Below the pieces are notes generated by a model. It ran no database searches and was not told the DNA's origin. It was given only the letters and a program-made list of their open reading frames with translations. The position numbers were made by a program, and so were the translations under genes. A stretch of 24,000 bases of DNA from an uncultured Ignisphaera sp. (GTDB lineage Archaea; Thermoproteota; Thermoprotei_A; Sulfolobales; Ignisphaeraceae), in contig CAYUUS010000001.1 in NCBI GenBank assembly GCA_964447975.1, positions 29,774 to 53,773 of the forward strand, written 5' to 3'. This document shows, in pieces, positions 22,767 to 24,000 of this stretch; positions within the stretch are counted from its first letter, which is position 1, and each line of letters begins with the position of its first letter.

Positions 22767-24000
22767 CTATGAAAGGACTATTTTTACATCTATAGCTAAG
22801 CTGCCCATACCCTCATCATATACGAAGAGCGGGTTAATATCCATTTCTACTACATCAGGTATCTCGGTAACTAGCTGGCTAACTCTAAGCAATATATTTA
22901 TAACCGATGATATATCAGCTGGAGGCTCGCCTCTATAACCCTTAAGCAATGTATATGCCTTTGTTTCACTAACCATTTCTCTAGCTTCATATACTGAAAG
23001 AGGTGCTAACTTAAATGACACATCTCTAAATATATTTGTATATATGCCACCAAGTCCAAACATTAAAATATGGCCAAATACAGGATCCTTGGTTGCACCA
23101 ATTATTACCTCTCTACCTTTAGGAACCATTTTCTGGACAACAACCCCATATATCAATGCTCTTGGTGCATATCTATATGCTCTATTAATTATAGTTCTAA
23201 ACGCTTCTCTAACCTCTTCTTCAGTTTTTATATTCATGATAACGCCTCCAATATCAGTCTTATGTACAATATCTGGTGAAGCTATCTTCAGTACTACTGG
23301 ATATCCGAGTTTATTGGCTATATCAACAGCCTCCTCTTCTGATTTTGCAAGACGTGTAGGTGCTACTGGTATTCCATAGCTTTTTACAAGATCCTTAGCC
23401 TCAGATTCTAATAATGTTCTACGTTTCTCGTTTCTCGCATTGTTTATTATAGACAATGCTGTAGCTCTATCAACGTCAAAGAATAAAGCCTTCTCTAATA
23501 TCCTCTCTAAATACTCTAAATTTTCTCGATACTTACATAATCCATAAATCGCAGCAACACCTCTTTCAGGTAAGTCATATACTGGTATACCATTCTCTAT
23601 AAGGATCTTCGTAGCCTCTTCAACCATTTCCCCACCTATAAACACTCCTATCATCGGCTTACTCGGATATTTTTTACTCAATCTTAACATAGTCTTTGCC
23701 GTTTCTATAGGCTCTGTCATCGCCTGTGGAGTTAGAATCACTAATAAGCCATCTACATTATCATCGCTTAGCACAGCCTCTATAGCAATGCCATATCTAT
23801 CAGCCTTAGCATCACCTAATACATCTACAGGGTTATATATTGCAGCAGCTGGTGGAAGTCTTGATTTAAGGGTACCTATAGTATCTGTTGTAAATGATGC
23901 TAACCTCAATCCTTTAGATACAATCATATCTGATGTTATAACCCCAGGACCTCCAGCATTTGTTACTATTGCAACCCTGTTGTTTATTGGTATTGGCTGA
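22767..24000 (-). CDS. acd: Acetate--CoA ligase (ADP-forming), fused alpha-beta type. The 5' end lies beyond the window edge.
   Basis: The reading frame stays open upstream of the ORF-track Met. Codons up to position 23999 translate to QPIPNNRVAIVTNAGGPGVITSD, the CoA-ligase NAGGPG motif. The C-terminal ATP-grasp part includes GYPVVLKIASPDIVHKTDIGGV. Confidence 0.9.
   Translation of the reverse strand, partial: QPIPINNRVAIVTNAGGPGVITSDMIVSKGLRLASFTTDTIGTLKSRLPPAAAIYNPVDVLGDAKADRYGIAIEAVLSDDNVDGLLVILTPQAMTEPIETAKTMLRLSKKYPSKPMIGVFIGGEMVEEATKILIENGIPVYDLPERGVAAIYGLCKYRENLEYLERILEKALFFDVDRATALSIINNARNEKRRTLLESEAKDLVKSYGIPVAPTRLAKSEEEAVDIANKLGYPVVLKIASPDIVHKTDIGGVIMNIKTEEEVREAFRTIINRAYRYAPRALIYGVVVQKMVPKGREVIIGATKDPVFGHILMFGLGGIYTNIFRDVSFKLAPLSVYEAREMVSETKAYTLLKGYRGEPPADISSVINILLRVSQLVTEIPDVVEMDINPLFVYDEGMGSLAIDVKIVLS

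Noticed and set aside
22618-23379. + strand ORFs 22618-22938, 23044-23379 and 23070-23279, plus 23788-24000
   Set aside because: Antisense to the ACD and DRTGG genes, which carry clear family motifs.
1-24000. CRISPR arrays, insertion sequences, transposases, integrases, prophage genes, rRNA
   Set aside because: There are no regularly spaced direct repeats and no terminal inverted repeats flanking a transposase-like ORF. Every long ORF is accounted for by metabolic, cofactor or transport functions.

Overview
AT-rich, almost fully coding window that looks archaeal: GGTG-type Shine-Dalgarno motifs, many GTG/TTG starts, oligo-T tracts after genes and archaeal-type CdhABCDE. I cannot name the organism. 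There are four blocks. (1) + strand 20-2442: a 517-aa uncharacterised protein with a Cys4 tail, and a MIP/aquaporin channel whose two NPA boxes read NPS and NFA. (2) - strand 2668-14504: a complete acetyl-CoA decarbonylase/synthase (ACDS, CODH/ACS) operon with its maturation genes, in transcription order HisA/HisF paralog, cooT, cooC, cdhA, cdhB, cdhC, cdhD, cdhE, corrinoid reductive activase (RACo type), second cooC. (3) + strand 14586-21704: a tightly packed C1-cofactor operon of mfnF-like and mfnE-like (methanofuran), cofC and cofD (F420), a complete ECF transporter (S component, fused EcfA-A', EcfT) and a divergent CofE-fold protein. (4) - strand 21696 to the window edge: ADP-forming acetyl-CoA synthetase (fused alpha-beta, 5' end off-window), translationally coupled to a stand-alone Pta-N-terminal-like DRTGG protein. 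I found no rRNA, tRNA, CRISPR array or mobile element. The best candidate for an undescribed system is the ECF transporter embedded in the F420 biosynthesis genes, possibly a deazaflavin FO or precursor salvage route. Other points worth a second look are the charge-swapped peptide modules at the CdhC C-terminus and CdhD N-terminus, the T/P/Q-rich insertion in CdhC, the NPS/NFA aquaporin, a CooT whose Ni-binding Met-Cys N-terminus appears only with a TTG start, the orphan HisA/HisF paralog, and the DRTGG protein coupled to ACD. All family assignments come from motif recognition by eye and need HMM or BLAST confirmation.
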